Shown piece by piece: positions 33,615 through 45,907 of a stretch of 64,000 nucleotides of DNA. Under the pieces are notes generated by a model. That model was not told where the DNA came from and did not search any database. It worked only from the letters and a program-made list of their open reading frames with translations. Numbering within the stretch: position 1 is the first letter of the stretch; every line of letters begins with the position of its first letter. Source of the stretch: Squalus acanthias (taxonomy: Eukaryota); contig CM059432.1 in assembly GCA_030390025.1 (NCBI GenBank), positions 2,914,001 to 2,978,000 on the forward strand, written 5' to 3'. Made by a program: the position numbers and the translations under genes.

Positions 33615-34577
33615 ATAGAATCAGAGAAATTTACGGCACAGAAGGAGGCCACTCGGCCCATCGTGTCTGTGCCGGCCGACAAAGAGCTCTCCAGCCTAAT
33701 CCCACTTTCCAGCTCTTGGTCCGTAGCCCTGTAGGTTACGGCACTTCAAGTGCACATCCAAGTACTTTTTAAATGTGCTGAGGGTTTCTGCCTCTACCAC
33801 CCTTTCAGGCAGTGAGTTCCAGACCCCCACCACCCTCTGGGTGAAAATATTTCTCCTCAACTCCCCTCTAATCCTTCCACCAGTTACTTTAAATCTATGC
33901 CCCCTGGCTATTGACCTCTCTGCTAGGGGAAATATGTCCTTCCTATCCACTCTATCTAGGCCCCTTTTAATTTTATACACCTCAATTAAATCTCCCCTCA
34001 GCCTCCTCTGTTCCAAAGAAAACAACCCCAGCCTATCCAATCTTTCCCCATAGCTAAAATTCCCCAGTCCTGGCAACATCCTCGTAAATCTCTCTGCACC
34101 CACTCTAGTGCAATTACAACAACAACTTGTATTTATATAGCGCCTTTAACGTAGTAAGACGTCCCAAGTTGCTGCACAGGAGTATTTTAAGACAAAAAAT
34201 TTAGCACCGATCCACATAAGGATAAATTAGTGCAGGTGACCAAAAGCTTGGTCAAAGAGGTAGGTTTTAAGGAGAGTCTTAAAGGAGGAGAGAGAGGTAG
34301 CGAGGCGGAGAGGTTTAGGCAGGGAGTTCCAGAGCTTAGGGCCCAGGCAACAGAAAGCACGGCCGCCAAAGGTTGAGCGATTATAATCAGGGATCCTCAA
34401 GAGCGCAGGATTAGAGGAGAGCAGATATCTCGGGGTGGTTGTCGGGCTGGAGGAGGTTACAGAGATAGGAAGGGGGCGAGGGCCATGGAGGGATTTGAAA
34501 ACAAGGATGAGAATTTTGAAATCGAGGTGTTGCTTAACCGGGAGCCAATGTAGGTCAGCGATTACATCCTTCCTGTA
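33615..34577 (-). mobile_element. CR1 3' fragment interrupted by an L2 fragment (34116-34560)
   Basis: CR1 ORF2 end at 33696-34103; the L2 insertion is flanked by an ATTACA duplication (34113-34118 / 34561-34566). Confidence 0.9.
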
Positions 34578-35074
34578 CTGTTAATAATAATAAAGGATTG
34601 AAAATATCAGAAGTGATGATTATGCATATCCTCTTTTTGTATTTACACCATGAATTAATTTAATTTTGAGTTTTGTTCAAAAGTCAAGATTTTACTAATA
34701 GAATTTTACCGAGTATAGATCCCGCACTCAGTTAATTACCAAGATTGTGTCGAGCTTCGCACCAGAAACCTCTGTCATTTACATCCGTGTGTGCTCCATC
34801 ATTAACTTGGCTACCTGCTCAGATATACGATCTGATAATAAAGGTTGCTACTTGTTACTATATTGAGAACTGGGACAGGGAAGCTATATTTTAACCGCAG
34901 TCAGCCTTTTCATTATAGATGCCAAAGACGATCTTTGCTAAGGCAATTATAAGGTTTATTAATAAGTATCTGTGGGACAGGAGAGCACCGCCAGCTTCTC
35001 CCGACCTTTTTTTTGCGGAATTCAGCTAATTTTTTCAGGAAATGGCTTAAAAAAATCACCGTAAGTCCTGCACT

Positions 35075-35362
35075 ACAACAACAACTTGTATTTATCAGCG
35101 CCTTTAACGCAGTAATACGTCCCAGGGCGCTTCACAGGAGCGATTATCAAACAAAATTTGACACCAAGCCACATAAGGAGATATTCGGACAGGTGACCAA
35201 AAGCTTGGTCAAAGAGGTCGGTTTTAAGGAGCGTCTTAAAGGAGGAGAGAGAGGCGGAGAGGTTTAGGGAGGGAATTCCAGCGCTTAGGGCTCAGGCAGC
35301 TGAAGGCACGGCCGCCAATGGTGGAGCGATGGAAATCGGGGATGCTCAAGAGGCAGAGAATT
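35075..35362 (-). mobile_element. L2 3' fragment
   Basis: L2 tail and ORF end. Confidence 0.88.
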
Positions 35363-35988
35363 GTGAAATGTGTGTAAAATAATTAAAATCCTCAACAACA
35401 ACAACTTGCATTTATATAACGCCTTTAATGTATTAAAATGCCCCAAAGCACTTAATAACTGTATAAACCTCAGGAACAGCTGCTAAAGCATTATGGCCTT
35501 TAGGTTTTAATACTTCTTATTGCTTCATATCGCTTGTGTTCAGCAACTGCAACCTGGAGAAGCTAAAACATCTTTAAAAATAATCTTAAAAATGAAATCC
35601 CCCCCTAAATCTATAATAATCTGATTTTCCCCAGCAGCTCCGGATTTCAGCCTTGGGGTTTTTTTTAATAATAGTTAATTTACGAGAGTTGGAAGGGTAA
35701 CCAGTACTCGAGTTAAAATCAGGACAAGTGAACTAAGAATAGAAAAATATAATAACTCTTTGACGGTAATGTTATTGTTTGCAAATGTCACCCAGGATTT
35801 CCTCGGAACATTTACATCATAGATTTATTATTGGAAAAGGTTTGCCGGAAGTTAACAAATGTTCAGAAGGAATATTCGCACATTTCGGAGCTTTGATGGT
35901 CTGTTCCAATCTCAATGCAGATGCACACGACTGCCGTTAACTTTTGGGATGCTCTAGGCCATGTGTAAATGTTGGGCCCTAAAGCCTA

Positions 35989-36395
35989 TAACAACAACAA
36001 CATTCATTTATATAGCACCTTTAACGTAGTAAAACGTCCCAAGGCGTTTCACAGGAGCGATTATCAGACAGAATTTGACACCGAGCCACATAAGGAGATA
36101 TTAGGACAGGAGACCAACAGCTCGGTCAAAGAGGTAGGTTTTAAGCAGCGTCTTAAAAGGAGGAGAGAGAGAGAGAGAGGCGGAGAGGTTTAGGGAGTGA
36201 ATTTCAGAGCTTAGGGCCCAGGCAGCTGAAGGCGCGGCCGCCAATGGTGGAGCGATTAAAATCGGGGGAAGCGCAAGTGGCCAGAATTGGAGGAGGGCAG
36301 AGATCTCGGAGGGGTTGTGGGGCTGGAGGAGGTTACAGAGATAGAGGGGGGTGAGGCCATGGAGGGATTTGAAAACAAGGATGAGAATTTTAAAA
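35989..36395 (-). mobile_element. L2 3' fragment
   Basis: FKILILVFKSLHGLTPLYL plus tail. Confidence 0.9.
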
Positions 36396-37009
36396 TACAA
36401 GAATATATTAAATGAAACAGGATGTAAAGAATAATAGATTAAATACGGATAAAGATTCTAGAAACTTCACACAGAAAGGCAAAGAGTCATTTGATGGAAG
36501 TTTTCAATCTAATACAATCGGGAAATGGAGGCACTGAACATAGAGAGTGTTAAAGAGAACTGCTTAGTAAAACAAACATAACAACAGAAGTCATTAAATT
36601 CACTGCATTACTGTGGAATTATGTTTGTTTTGAAATTTCTAAAATTATGAAATCGTGTGTACTATTGAAGAAATGTGTAAATTAACAAAGAAAAAAGGAA
36701 TAATAATGTCAACTTATTTTGAAAAACTACTTATTTTCTATTTACAGATTTTATAGAATGATGCAGCACAGAAGGAGGCCATTCGGCCCATCGTGCCTGT
36801 GCCAGCTCTTTGAAAGATCTCTCCAACTAGTCTCACTCCCCCTGCTCTTTCCCCCATAGCCCTGCAAATGTTTCCTTTTCAAGTGTTTATTCAATTCCCC
36901 TTTGGAAAGTTAATATTAAACTCTACGATTGAATTATATTGTATCACTCAAAGATTCTTCCACTGGCTCACTGTCTGGAGGTAATGATACATGCAACAAG
37001 ATACTAGCT

Positions 37010-37360
37010 TTTTTTTACTATTCATTCCTGGTATGTGAGCGTCAAGGCCAGCATTTATTGCCCATCCCTAATTGCCCTTGAGAAGGTGGTGGTGAGCCGC
37101 CTTCTTGAACCGCTGCAGTCCGTGGAGTGAAGGTACTCCCAGAGTGCTGTTAGGGAGGGAGTTCCAGGATTTTGACCCAGTGACGATGAAGGAACGGCCG
37201 ATATATTTCCAAGTCAGGATGGTGTGTGACTTGGAGGGGAACTTGGAGGTGGTGGTGTTCCCATGTGCCTGCTGCCCTTGTCCTTCTAGGTGGAAGATGT
37301 CGTGGATTTGGGAGGTGCTGTCGAAGAAGCCTTGGTGAGTTGCTGCAATGCATCTTGTAG
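37010..37360 (-). mobile_element. Zenon-like LINE 3' fragment
   Basis: YKMHCSNSPRLLRQHLP...KAAHHHLLKGN. Confidence 0.82.
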
Positions 37361-37692
37361 CTCCCACACACTGGTCTCCAAGAAGACTTGATGGCGTTCT
37401 GGATGTCAACACGCTCGAGCTTCTGGCTTCTGACTGGTGCAGTGAACAGATAATCTTCAGAGATAATCTGCTCCACCAAATGTATCCAGCCAGACTGCAT
37501 CATGTGATGTGGCAGTGTCGTGTCACTGTGAGTGAGGCAGACTGCACTGTCATTGACATTGTGCATGTCCTGATTATACATGGCCACTACCCTTCTCCTA
37601 ACCTTGGCTCTGTCCCGGAGTTGGCGAAAGGCCAGCACCTGCCTATTGTGGCTCATGTGTCTCCTTATCTGCTGCTGAAACCACCTCCAAGA

Positions 37693-38157
37693 TCACCAGA
37701 CTGATTCCTGGGATGGCAGGACTGTCGTATGAGGAGAGATTGGGTCGACTAGGCTTGTATTCACTAGAGTTTAGAAGAATAAGAGGGGATCTCTGACAGG
37801 ACTAGACAGACTGGATGCAGGGAGGATGTTTCCCCTGGCTGGGGGTCTAGAACGAGGGGTCTCAGTCTCAGGATACGGGGCAGGACATTTAGGACTGAGA
37901 TGAGGAGAAATTTCTTCACTCAGAGGGTGGTGAACCTGTGGAATTCTCTACCACTGAAGGCTGTGGAGGCCAAGTCACTGAATATATTTAAGAAGGAGAT
38001 AGATAGATTTCTAGACACAAAAGGCATCAAGGGGTATGGGGAGAGAGCGGGAATATGGTTTTGAGATAGAGGATCAGCCATGATCTCATTGAATGGCGGA
38101 GCAGGCTCGAAGGGCCGAATGGCCGACTCCTGCTCCTATTTTTCTATGTTTCTATGT
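37693..38157 (+). mobile_element. CR1 3' fragment
   Basis: CR1 ORF2 end plus TTTCTATG tail repeat. Confidence 0.9.
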
Positions 38158-38846
38158 TATCTCTAGAGTCGACTGTTCCAATGCTCTCCTGGCCGGCTTA
38201 CCACCTTGCACCCTTCGTAAACTTGATCTCATCCGTTCATATCCTAACTCACACCAAGCCCCGTTCACCCATCACCCCCTGTGCTCGTTGACCTACATTG
38301 GCTCCCGGTCCAGCAACGCCTCGATTTAAAAACTCTCACCCTTCTTTTCAGATCTCTGCGCTCCTCCAATCGTGGCCTGTTGAGCATCCCCCGATTTTAA
38401 TCGCTCCCATTGGCGGCCGTGCCTTCAGCTGCCTGGGCCCCAAGCTCTGGAATTCCCTCCCTAAACCTCTCCACCTCTCTCTCTCCTCCTTTAAGACGCT
38501 CCTTAAAACCGACCTCTCTGACCAAGCTTTTGGTCATCGGCCCTAATTTCTTACATAAGAGCATAAGAAATAGGAGCAGGAGTCGGCCATTTGGGCCTTC
38601 GAGCCTGCTCTGCCATTCAATAAGATCATGGCTGATCTTCTACCACATCTCCACTTTCCTGAACTATCCCCATATCCCTTGATTCAAAAATCTATCGATC
38701 TCTGTCTTGAATATACTCAACGACTGAGCCTCCGCAGCCCTCTGGGTTTGCGGGCTCGGTGTCAATTTTTTGTCTTTTAGCACTCCTGTGAGGTGCCTTG
38801 GGAGGTTTTATTATATTAAGGGTGCTGTATGAAATACAAGTTGTTA
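38157..38846 (+). mobile_element. L2 3' fragment interrupted by a CR1 tail (38555-38745, minus)
   Basis: L2 ORF end; the tail resumes at ~38750. Confidence 0.85.
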
Positions 38847-39429
38847 TAATCAGAATGTGCCCTCCTAAGTTCTAATCCGATTATTACTGAGAAGCACCAC
38901 CAAATTGGTTTTCAATTCCTGTTCCATTGATACTAACCGTCTGAGTACGGAGAGCTGGGCGAGAAACATACGCACCAGGCACTAAATCCTACCCAAATGG
39001 CAGCGTGGCAGTGGCATTTAAAGAGCTCTTGTTTTTTGCCATTCCTCCAGTTTTTAGGGATGTAACTTCAAGAATGTACATCAGAATAAGACAATTCCTC
39101 CCCCTAGCAGAATGCGGCTTGAGTGCTGATAGATCTGCTCATAAAATAAAGCTGCATTGAAGAGAATTAACTAGCTCTTTCATATGCCATTGATTTTTTG
39201 ATTTAATACTTGGCTATCTGGAGCTTGATCAATTTCTTGGAAAAAAATAAAGTCTGACCATTCCCCTTTACTAAATTGCACAACTAAAATAAAACCATTT
39301 ACCACAGCCAGAAGTAACTCCTTTCTAAAATTAAAAGGCAAAAAAATAAATAATTATCCCTCTTAAAAATCAAAGTTATATTTGATATACTGGGTTGGAT
39401 TTTACTCAGTTATGTGGAACTCACCACCG

Positions 39430-39875
39430 CATAGAATTTACAGCACAGAAATAGACCATTTGGCCCAACTGGTCCGTGCTGGTGTTTCTGCTCCACACGA
39501 GCCTCCTCCCACCCTACTCCATCTCACCCTCTAGGCATATCCTTCTATTCCTTTCTCCCTCATGTGTTTATCCAGCTTCCCCTTAAATGCATCTATACTA
39601 TTCACCTCAACCACTCCCTGTGGTAGCGAGTTCCACATTCTCACCACTCTCTGGGTAAAGGAGTTTCTCCTGAATTCTTTATTGGATTTATTAGTGACTA
39701 TCTTATATTGATGGCTCCTATTTTTAGCCTCCCCCACAAGTGGAAACATCTTCTCTACGTCTACCCTATCAAACCTCTTTCATTATCCTAAAGACCTCTA
39801 TCAGGTCACCCCTCAGCCTTCTCTTTTCTGGAGAAAAAAGCCCCAGCCTGTTCAGCCCTTCCTGATCGGTATAAC
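39430..39875 (-). mobile_element. CR1 3' fragment
   Basis: KEFRRNSFTQRVVRMWNSLP. Confidence 0.9.
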
Positions 39876-40042
39876 TTGCACCACCTGGAGCGCTCGATGT
39901 AACTTAGGTTTAAAATTCCCCAGATCTTTTACATTGGTTCGGCCGATTTCACCTATTTTGCGCTGACGAAACTAGCGGAAACTCTGCCCCAAAATCTCTA
40001 ACTTTTTCCAGTTCTAATGATCTTTCATCGATTTGAAACGTT

Positions 40043-41033
40043 GGGCCAGAATTTGCGGTGGGTATGACGGCGTGCTCTCAGAGTACGCCGTCATACCGTC
40101 TTTGAAATGGAACGCAAGTTCGGGGTTTTTCGCTTGCGCACGCGCTACATCCCGAACTTGCGATCTGTCAAGTTCCGACTTGACAGATCATCTGCTCCGC
40201 CTTGGAAATCCCAAGTGCTGGCGCAGAGTTGAGCTAATTGCCCACCAACTGCCCAGCAATTACCGAAAAAAAATTGACGGCTGATGCAAACAGGTGCAGG
40301 GCCTGTTTCCATCGCCGTAAGGGGATGCCTCAGAAAATCGAAAGCATCGTTCGGCATCTTTTAGCATTATTTAGCTCAGATAAAAGTGGAATTGGAACAT
40401 TACAACAGATGGAAGCACCTCAGCTCCGCTTGAATAATTTAGCCGTGAGTTTCGTAGAATTGCAAAGAGCTTTTTTTGTTAGTTTGTTTTAGTGTCTACA
40501 CATTTTATTGAAATCCTGTTGTTGAAGCTTGGTGCTGTCATTTCGCCAGTTTTTTTGTGTGAGGCAATCTGAATTTAACCGATACTAAATCCCAAATAAA
40601 GAACGAAATGTTAAACCTAACTATAAGTTTATATCTTATTTCCCGACATTAAAGCTTTTAAAGTCACGGTACGGTGCTGTTGTCATTGACCTGTGCCCGT
40701 TCTGTGAGTGGGCGATGCAGCGTTCAGTGTGTCGGGTGCCAGTCTGCACCCTCCTTTCTCCTATAAGTCCGATGCAATGGTTTCCCACACATCTGTCACA
40801 CTGTAAGAGATAACTCGGCGCTTCCACTGATTGGAGCACCAGGCCCGCGTGATCCCAGGTACGCTTCCGCACGCGCTGCGCCCCTGGGATCCGTGGGCCT
40901 TTACGCTGCCATCGAGTACACAGCGTCAAGAGAGCGAGTTCGCGAAGGAGGGTCCCCATCAGCTAAGTGCGCAATCTATCCGGATGCCGGCTACGCACTC
41001 CTTAGGTACGCCGCCGACTGTAAAATCTGTCCC
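40043..41033. mobile_element. PIF/Harbinger-like MITE inserted into a Penelope-like tail
   Basis: Termini GGGCCAGAATTTGC / GTAAAATCTGTCCC; the Penelope tail GAAACGTT|AACTCTG...CAGATGCTGCCTGACC is split around it (~39994-40042 and ~41037-41105). Confidence 0.7.
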
Positions 41034-41514
41034 CCTAACTCTGCTTCTCTCTGCGCAGATGCTGCCTGACCTACTGGGTGATTTCCAGCATTTTCTGTTT
41101 TTAAATCATTTTATATACCTTGATTAGATCGCCCTTCAACCTTCTGAACTCATGGAAATACAAGCTCAATTTATGCAACGTTACCTTGTAATTTAACCCT
41201 ATTTCAGTACACTAACAACTGCACATTGGCCACAGTTAGAATGATAACAAAGCCACTGGCATATCATTGCGTTTGAAAGGGTACAAATGATTCTCGGTGT
41301 CAGGCAGGTAAGCATTCAGGAAAGGTTGGGAAAGATAGGTTTCCTTTAGAGGTAACCTAATTGCAGTTTTGAAAATTATGATGGGATTTGACAAAAATAA
41401 TTCAATATCTCTACTGAAATGTTCAAATGTCAGGAGATACAAGTTAAAAATAATAAAACAGGAACAAGAAGGGAATGCAGGTGGATCTGTTTTACCCACA
41501 GGCTGTTACAGTTG

Positions 41515-42095
41515 AACAACAACAACAACAACTTGTGTTTATCTAGCGCCTTTAACATAGTAAAACGTCCCAAGGCGCTGCACAGGAGGATTATAAGACA
41601 ACAAATTGACACTGAGCCATGTAAGAAATTAGGGCAGGTGACCAAAAGCTTGGTCAAAGAGGTAGGTTTTAAGGAGCGTCTTAAAGGAGGAGAGAGAGGT
41701 AGAGAGGTTTAGGGAGGGAATTCCAGAGCTTAGGGCCCAGGCAGCTGAAGGCACGGCCGCCAATGGTGGAGCGATGATAATCAGGGATGCTCAAGAGGGC
41801 AGAATTTGAGCAGCGCAGATATCTCGGGGGGCTGGTGGGGCTGGAGGAGGTTACAGAGAGAGGGAGGGGCGAGGTCATGGAGGGATTTGAAAACAAGGAT
41901 GAGAATTTTGAAATCAAGGCGTTGCTTAACCGGGAGCCAATGTAGGTCAGAGGGCACAGGGGGTGATGGGCGAACGGGACTTGAAGCGAGTTAGGACACG
42001 GACAGCCGAGTTTTGGATGACCTCAAGTTTATGTCAGGTGGAATGTGGGAGGCCAGCCAGGAGACCGTTGGAATAGTCAAGTCTCGAGGTAACAA
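41515..42095 (-). mobile_element. L2 3' fragment
   Basis: (CAA)n tail and L2 ORF end. Confidence 0.92.
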
Positions 42096-42539
42096 GATTT
42101 GCATTTCTATAGCGCCTTTCATGTCCTCAGGACGTCCCAAAGCTCTTTACAGCCAATTAAGTACTTTTTGAAGTGTAGTCACTGTTGTAATGTAGGAAAC
42201 GCGGCAGCCAATTTGCGCACAGCAACCTCCCACAAACAATGGCCAGATAACCTGTTTCTTAGTGATGTTGATTGAGTGATAAATATTGGCTAGGACACTG
42301 GGGATAACTCCCATGCTCTTCTTCAAAATAGTGACCATGGAATCCTTTACATCCACCTGAGAGAGCAGACGAGGCCTCTGTTTAATGTTTCATCCGAAAG
42401 ACGGCACCTGCGACAGTGCGGCACTCCCTCAGCACTGCACTGGGAGTGTCAGCCCTAGATTTTTTTGTGCTCAAATCTCATGAAGTGGGGACTCGAACCC
42501 ACGACCTTCTGACTCAGAGGCGAGAGCCACGGCTGACAC
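42095..42539 (-). mobile_element. Deu-SINE, near full length
   Basis: Head, core and tail. Confidence 0.9.
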
Positions 42540-42789
42540 AGACAAAGAAGGCCACTGACAATGCATGAAACTATCGGATACCTTTTTGGAGGGAAGGGAT
42601 GGAGCGATACGGCGAGAAGGCGGGTAAGTGAAGTTGCTCTCGGAAGAAAGGGATGAACTTGTTGGGCCTAATGAGCTTTTTCTTCAACTGAATCGTATCG
42701 GGGCGTAAAATTCAACTTTAGCGGGGGTCGCAAAATGGGAAGTATCGGATCAGTCGCCCGTTAAATACCCCGCCTGCATGGAGCCCCCA

Positions 42790-45118
42790 CTAGAATTACC
42801 AAGCCTCCAGGAATGCCCTGGAGTCTCCAGGAATGAAAGATTAGTCTCCAGGATACTGCCGTGAGCAAAAACCAGGGAGAAAAATCACAGGGACATTAAA
42901 AATGGCGTGGTTTTTTTCATTTTCTATGAACACTTTTGTTTATTTAGTGATAAAAACATCAGACATAGGCGAGAGGTCTGTCTGACCAGGCTGAGAATAC
43001 AAGTGAGAACCAGGCTGAATATAGAAAGTTCAGAGGGGAAGTGAAAAAGGAAATAAGAGGGACAGAGAGAGAGTATGAGAATAGACTGGCAGCTAACATA
43101 AAAGAGAATTCAAAAGTCTTCTATAGGCATATAAATAGTAAACGGGTAATAAGAGGAGGGGTGGGGCCAATTAGGGACCAAAAAGGAGACCTATGCATGG
43201 AGGGAGAGGGCATGGCTGAGGTACTAAATGAGTACTTTGCATCTGTCTTCACCAAGGACGAAGATGCTGCCAAAGTCATAATGAAAGAGGAGGTAGTGGA
43301 GATACTGGATGAGATAAAAATTGATAAAGAGGAGGTACTAGAAAGGCTGGCTGTACTTAAAGTAGATAAGTCACCAGGACCGGATGGGATGCATCCTCGG
43401 ATGCTGAAAGAAGTAAAGATGGAAATTGCGGAGGTACTGGCCATAATCTTCCAATCCTCCTTAGATATGGGAGTGGTGCCAGAGGACTGGAAAATTGCAA
43501 ATGTTACACCATTGTTCAAAAAAGGGTGTAAGGATAAACCCAGCAACTACAGGTCAGTCAGTTTAACCTCTGTTGTGGAGAAGCTTTTAGAAACGATAAT
43601 CCAGGCCAAAATTAACAGTCATTTGGACAAGTGTGGATTAATTAAGGGAAGTCAGCATGAATTTGTTAAAGGCAAATTGTGTTTAACTAACTTGATGGAA
43701 TTTTTTGATGCGGTAACAGAGAGGGTTGATGAGGGTAATGCGGTTGATGTGGTGTACATGGACTTCCAATAGGCGTTTGATAAAGTGCTACATAATAGGC
43801 TTGCCAGCAAAGTTAAAGCCCGTGGAATAAAAGGGACAGTGGCAGCATGGATACAAAATTGGCTAAGTGACAGGAAACAGAGAGTAGTGGTGAACGGTTG
43901 TTTTTCGGACTGGAGGAAGGTATACAGTGGTGTTCCCCAGGGGTCGGTACTGGGACCAATGCTTTTCTTGATATATATTAATGATTTGGACTTGGGTGTA
44001 CAGGGCACAATTTCAAAATGTGCAGATGACACAAAACTTGGAAGTATAGTGAACAGTGAGAAGGATAGTGACAGACTTCAAGAAAACATAGACAGGCTGG
44101 TGGAATAGGCAGACACGTGGCAGATGAAATTTAACGCAGAAAAGTGCGAAGTGATACATTTTGGTAGGAAAAACGAGGAGAGGCAATATAAACTAAATGG
44201 CACAATTCTAAAGGGGGTGCATGAACAGAGAGACCTGGGGGTGTTTGTGCACAAATCGTTGAAGGTGGCAGGGCAGGTTGAGAAAGCGGTTAAAAAAGCA
44301 TACGGGATCCTGGGCTTCATAAATAGAGGCATAGAGTACAAAAGCAAGGAAGTTATGATGAAACTTTATAAAACACTGATTCGGCCTCAACTGGAGTATT
44401 GTGTCCAATTCTGGGCACCGCACTTTAGGAAGGATGTGAAGGCTTTAGAGAGTGTACAGAAAAGATTTACGAGAATGATTCCAGGAATGAGGGACTTCAG
44501 TTATGTGGATAGACTGGAGAAGCTGGGGTTGTTCTCCTTGGAGCAGAGAAGATTGAGAGGAGATTTGATAGAGGTGTTCAAAATCATGAGGGGTCTGGAC
44601 AGAGCAGATAGAGAGAAACTATTCCCATTGGCAGAAGATTCAAGAACCAGAGGGCACAGATTTAAGGTGATTGGCAGAAGAACCAAAGGTCACATGAGGA
44701 AAAACTTTTTTACGCAGCGAGTGGTTAGGATCTAGAATGCACTGCCTGAAAGGGTGGTGGAGGCAGATTCAATCACGGCTTTCAAAGGGGAGTTGGATAA
44801 GTACCTGAACGAAAAAATTTGCAGGGCTACGGGAAAAGACTGGGTGAGTGGGACTAGCTGAAGTGCTCTTGCAGAGAGCCGGCACGGGCTCGACGGGCCG
44901 AATGGCCTCCTCCTATGCTATAACCATTCTATGATTCTGTGATTGACAGTCACAGTCAAGAACCATCCAATTAGGTAACGAAAAGTCTGTTCGCTTCCCA
45001 ATTGACCGTGTATCGTGAGGATGGATGTGTCGGGCGGGACAGTGGGGGCAGGGTTAGCGGCGGGAGGTCACGTGATAAACCCCCCCAGGAATAGATCCAA
45101 ACAGAGTTGGCAAAGTTG
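42790..45118. mobile_element. hAT MITE, family B (inverted relative to 25196-26640), split by a CR1
   Basis: 42840-42950 and 45060-45115 are reverse complements of 25320-25440 and 25200-25250; termini are degenerate. Confidence 0.62.
42990..44943 (+). mobile_element. CR1 LINE, 5'-truncated, well-preserved ORF2
   Basis: ORFs 43041-43772, 43785-44108 and 44124-44735 are one frame broken only by TAG stops; RT FADD has become CADD; tail intact. Confidence 0.96.
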
Positions 45119-45343
45119 AATTCACCCTCCCGCCACCCCCGCCCCCACCCGTGATCTCGGTTCAAGTTGTCCTATTAAATGTCTAATAAATGCTTTGACA
45201 TTAGCGACTTAAAATACAACCCAGCTTTGATTCCAAAAAAAAAGAGGTAGGGATTTTTGGACTTTAATCATTTTCTGAATTGAAGAAAAAAAAGCTATGG
45301 AACGCTCTATAACCGTGTTATATCAGACTGTCCATGGACTATA

Positions 45344-45362
45344 AGCTCCATCTGCTGGTCAG
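45344..45362 (-). promoter_or_regulatory. Candidate CTCF site
   Basis: Minus strand TGACCAGCAGATGGAGCT fits the CCASYAGRKGG core, in non-repeat sequence. Confidence 0.4.
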
Positions 45363-45540
45363 AAAAGAGTTTGTGCAGCTGGCTAAAAGTCTCGCACTGT
45401 CACTTCTGGTGCTGAACCTAAGCAGAGCCAAGGATCACGACCAACCCACAGCTACCCGAGCGGGTGGCGACAAACCCAGGCAGAGTTTTGTAACTGTCTA
45501 ATTTAAAAACTGATCTTATTCTCCTTAAAAATAGTCAGCT

Positions 45541-45880
45541 TATAGAATGATACAGCACAGAAGGAGGCCAATTTGGCCCATCGTACCTGTGGCGCTCTCC
45601 CATTAGTCCCGCTCCCCCCTGCTCTTTCCCCACAGCCCTGCAAATTTCTACTTTTCGAGTATTTATCCGATTCCCTTTTGAAAGTCACTATTGAATCTGC
45701 TTCCTTTCAGGCAGCGCGTTCCAGATCACAACAACTCGCTGCTTAAATATCTTCTTTCCCTCATATCGACTCTGCTTCTTTTGCCGATTACCTTCAATCT
45801 GTGTCCTCTGGTTACCGACCCTCCTGCCACTAGAAACAGTTTCTCCTTATTTACTCTATCAAAACCCTTCATCATTTTGA
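45541..45880 (-). mobile_element. CR1 3' fragment
   Basis: FKMMKGFDRVNKEKLF...TRGHRLKVIGKR. Confidence 0.88.
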
Positions 45881-45907
45881 AGTGACCACGACACAGTCCT
45901 TGTGAAG

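Noticed and set aside
37360..37700. Minus-strand 168-aa ORF 37150-37656
   Set aside because: Its C-terminal half is Zenon-like LINE sequence and I recognise nothing in the N-terminal half; likely a chance fusion.
43041..44735. Long RT ORFs as an active or domesticated gene
   Set aside because: 5'-truncated, with three in-frame stops and FADD mutated to CADD.
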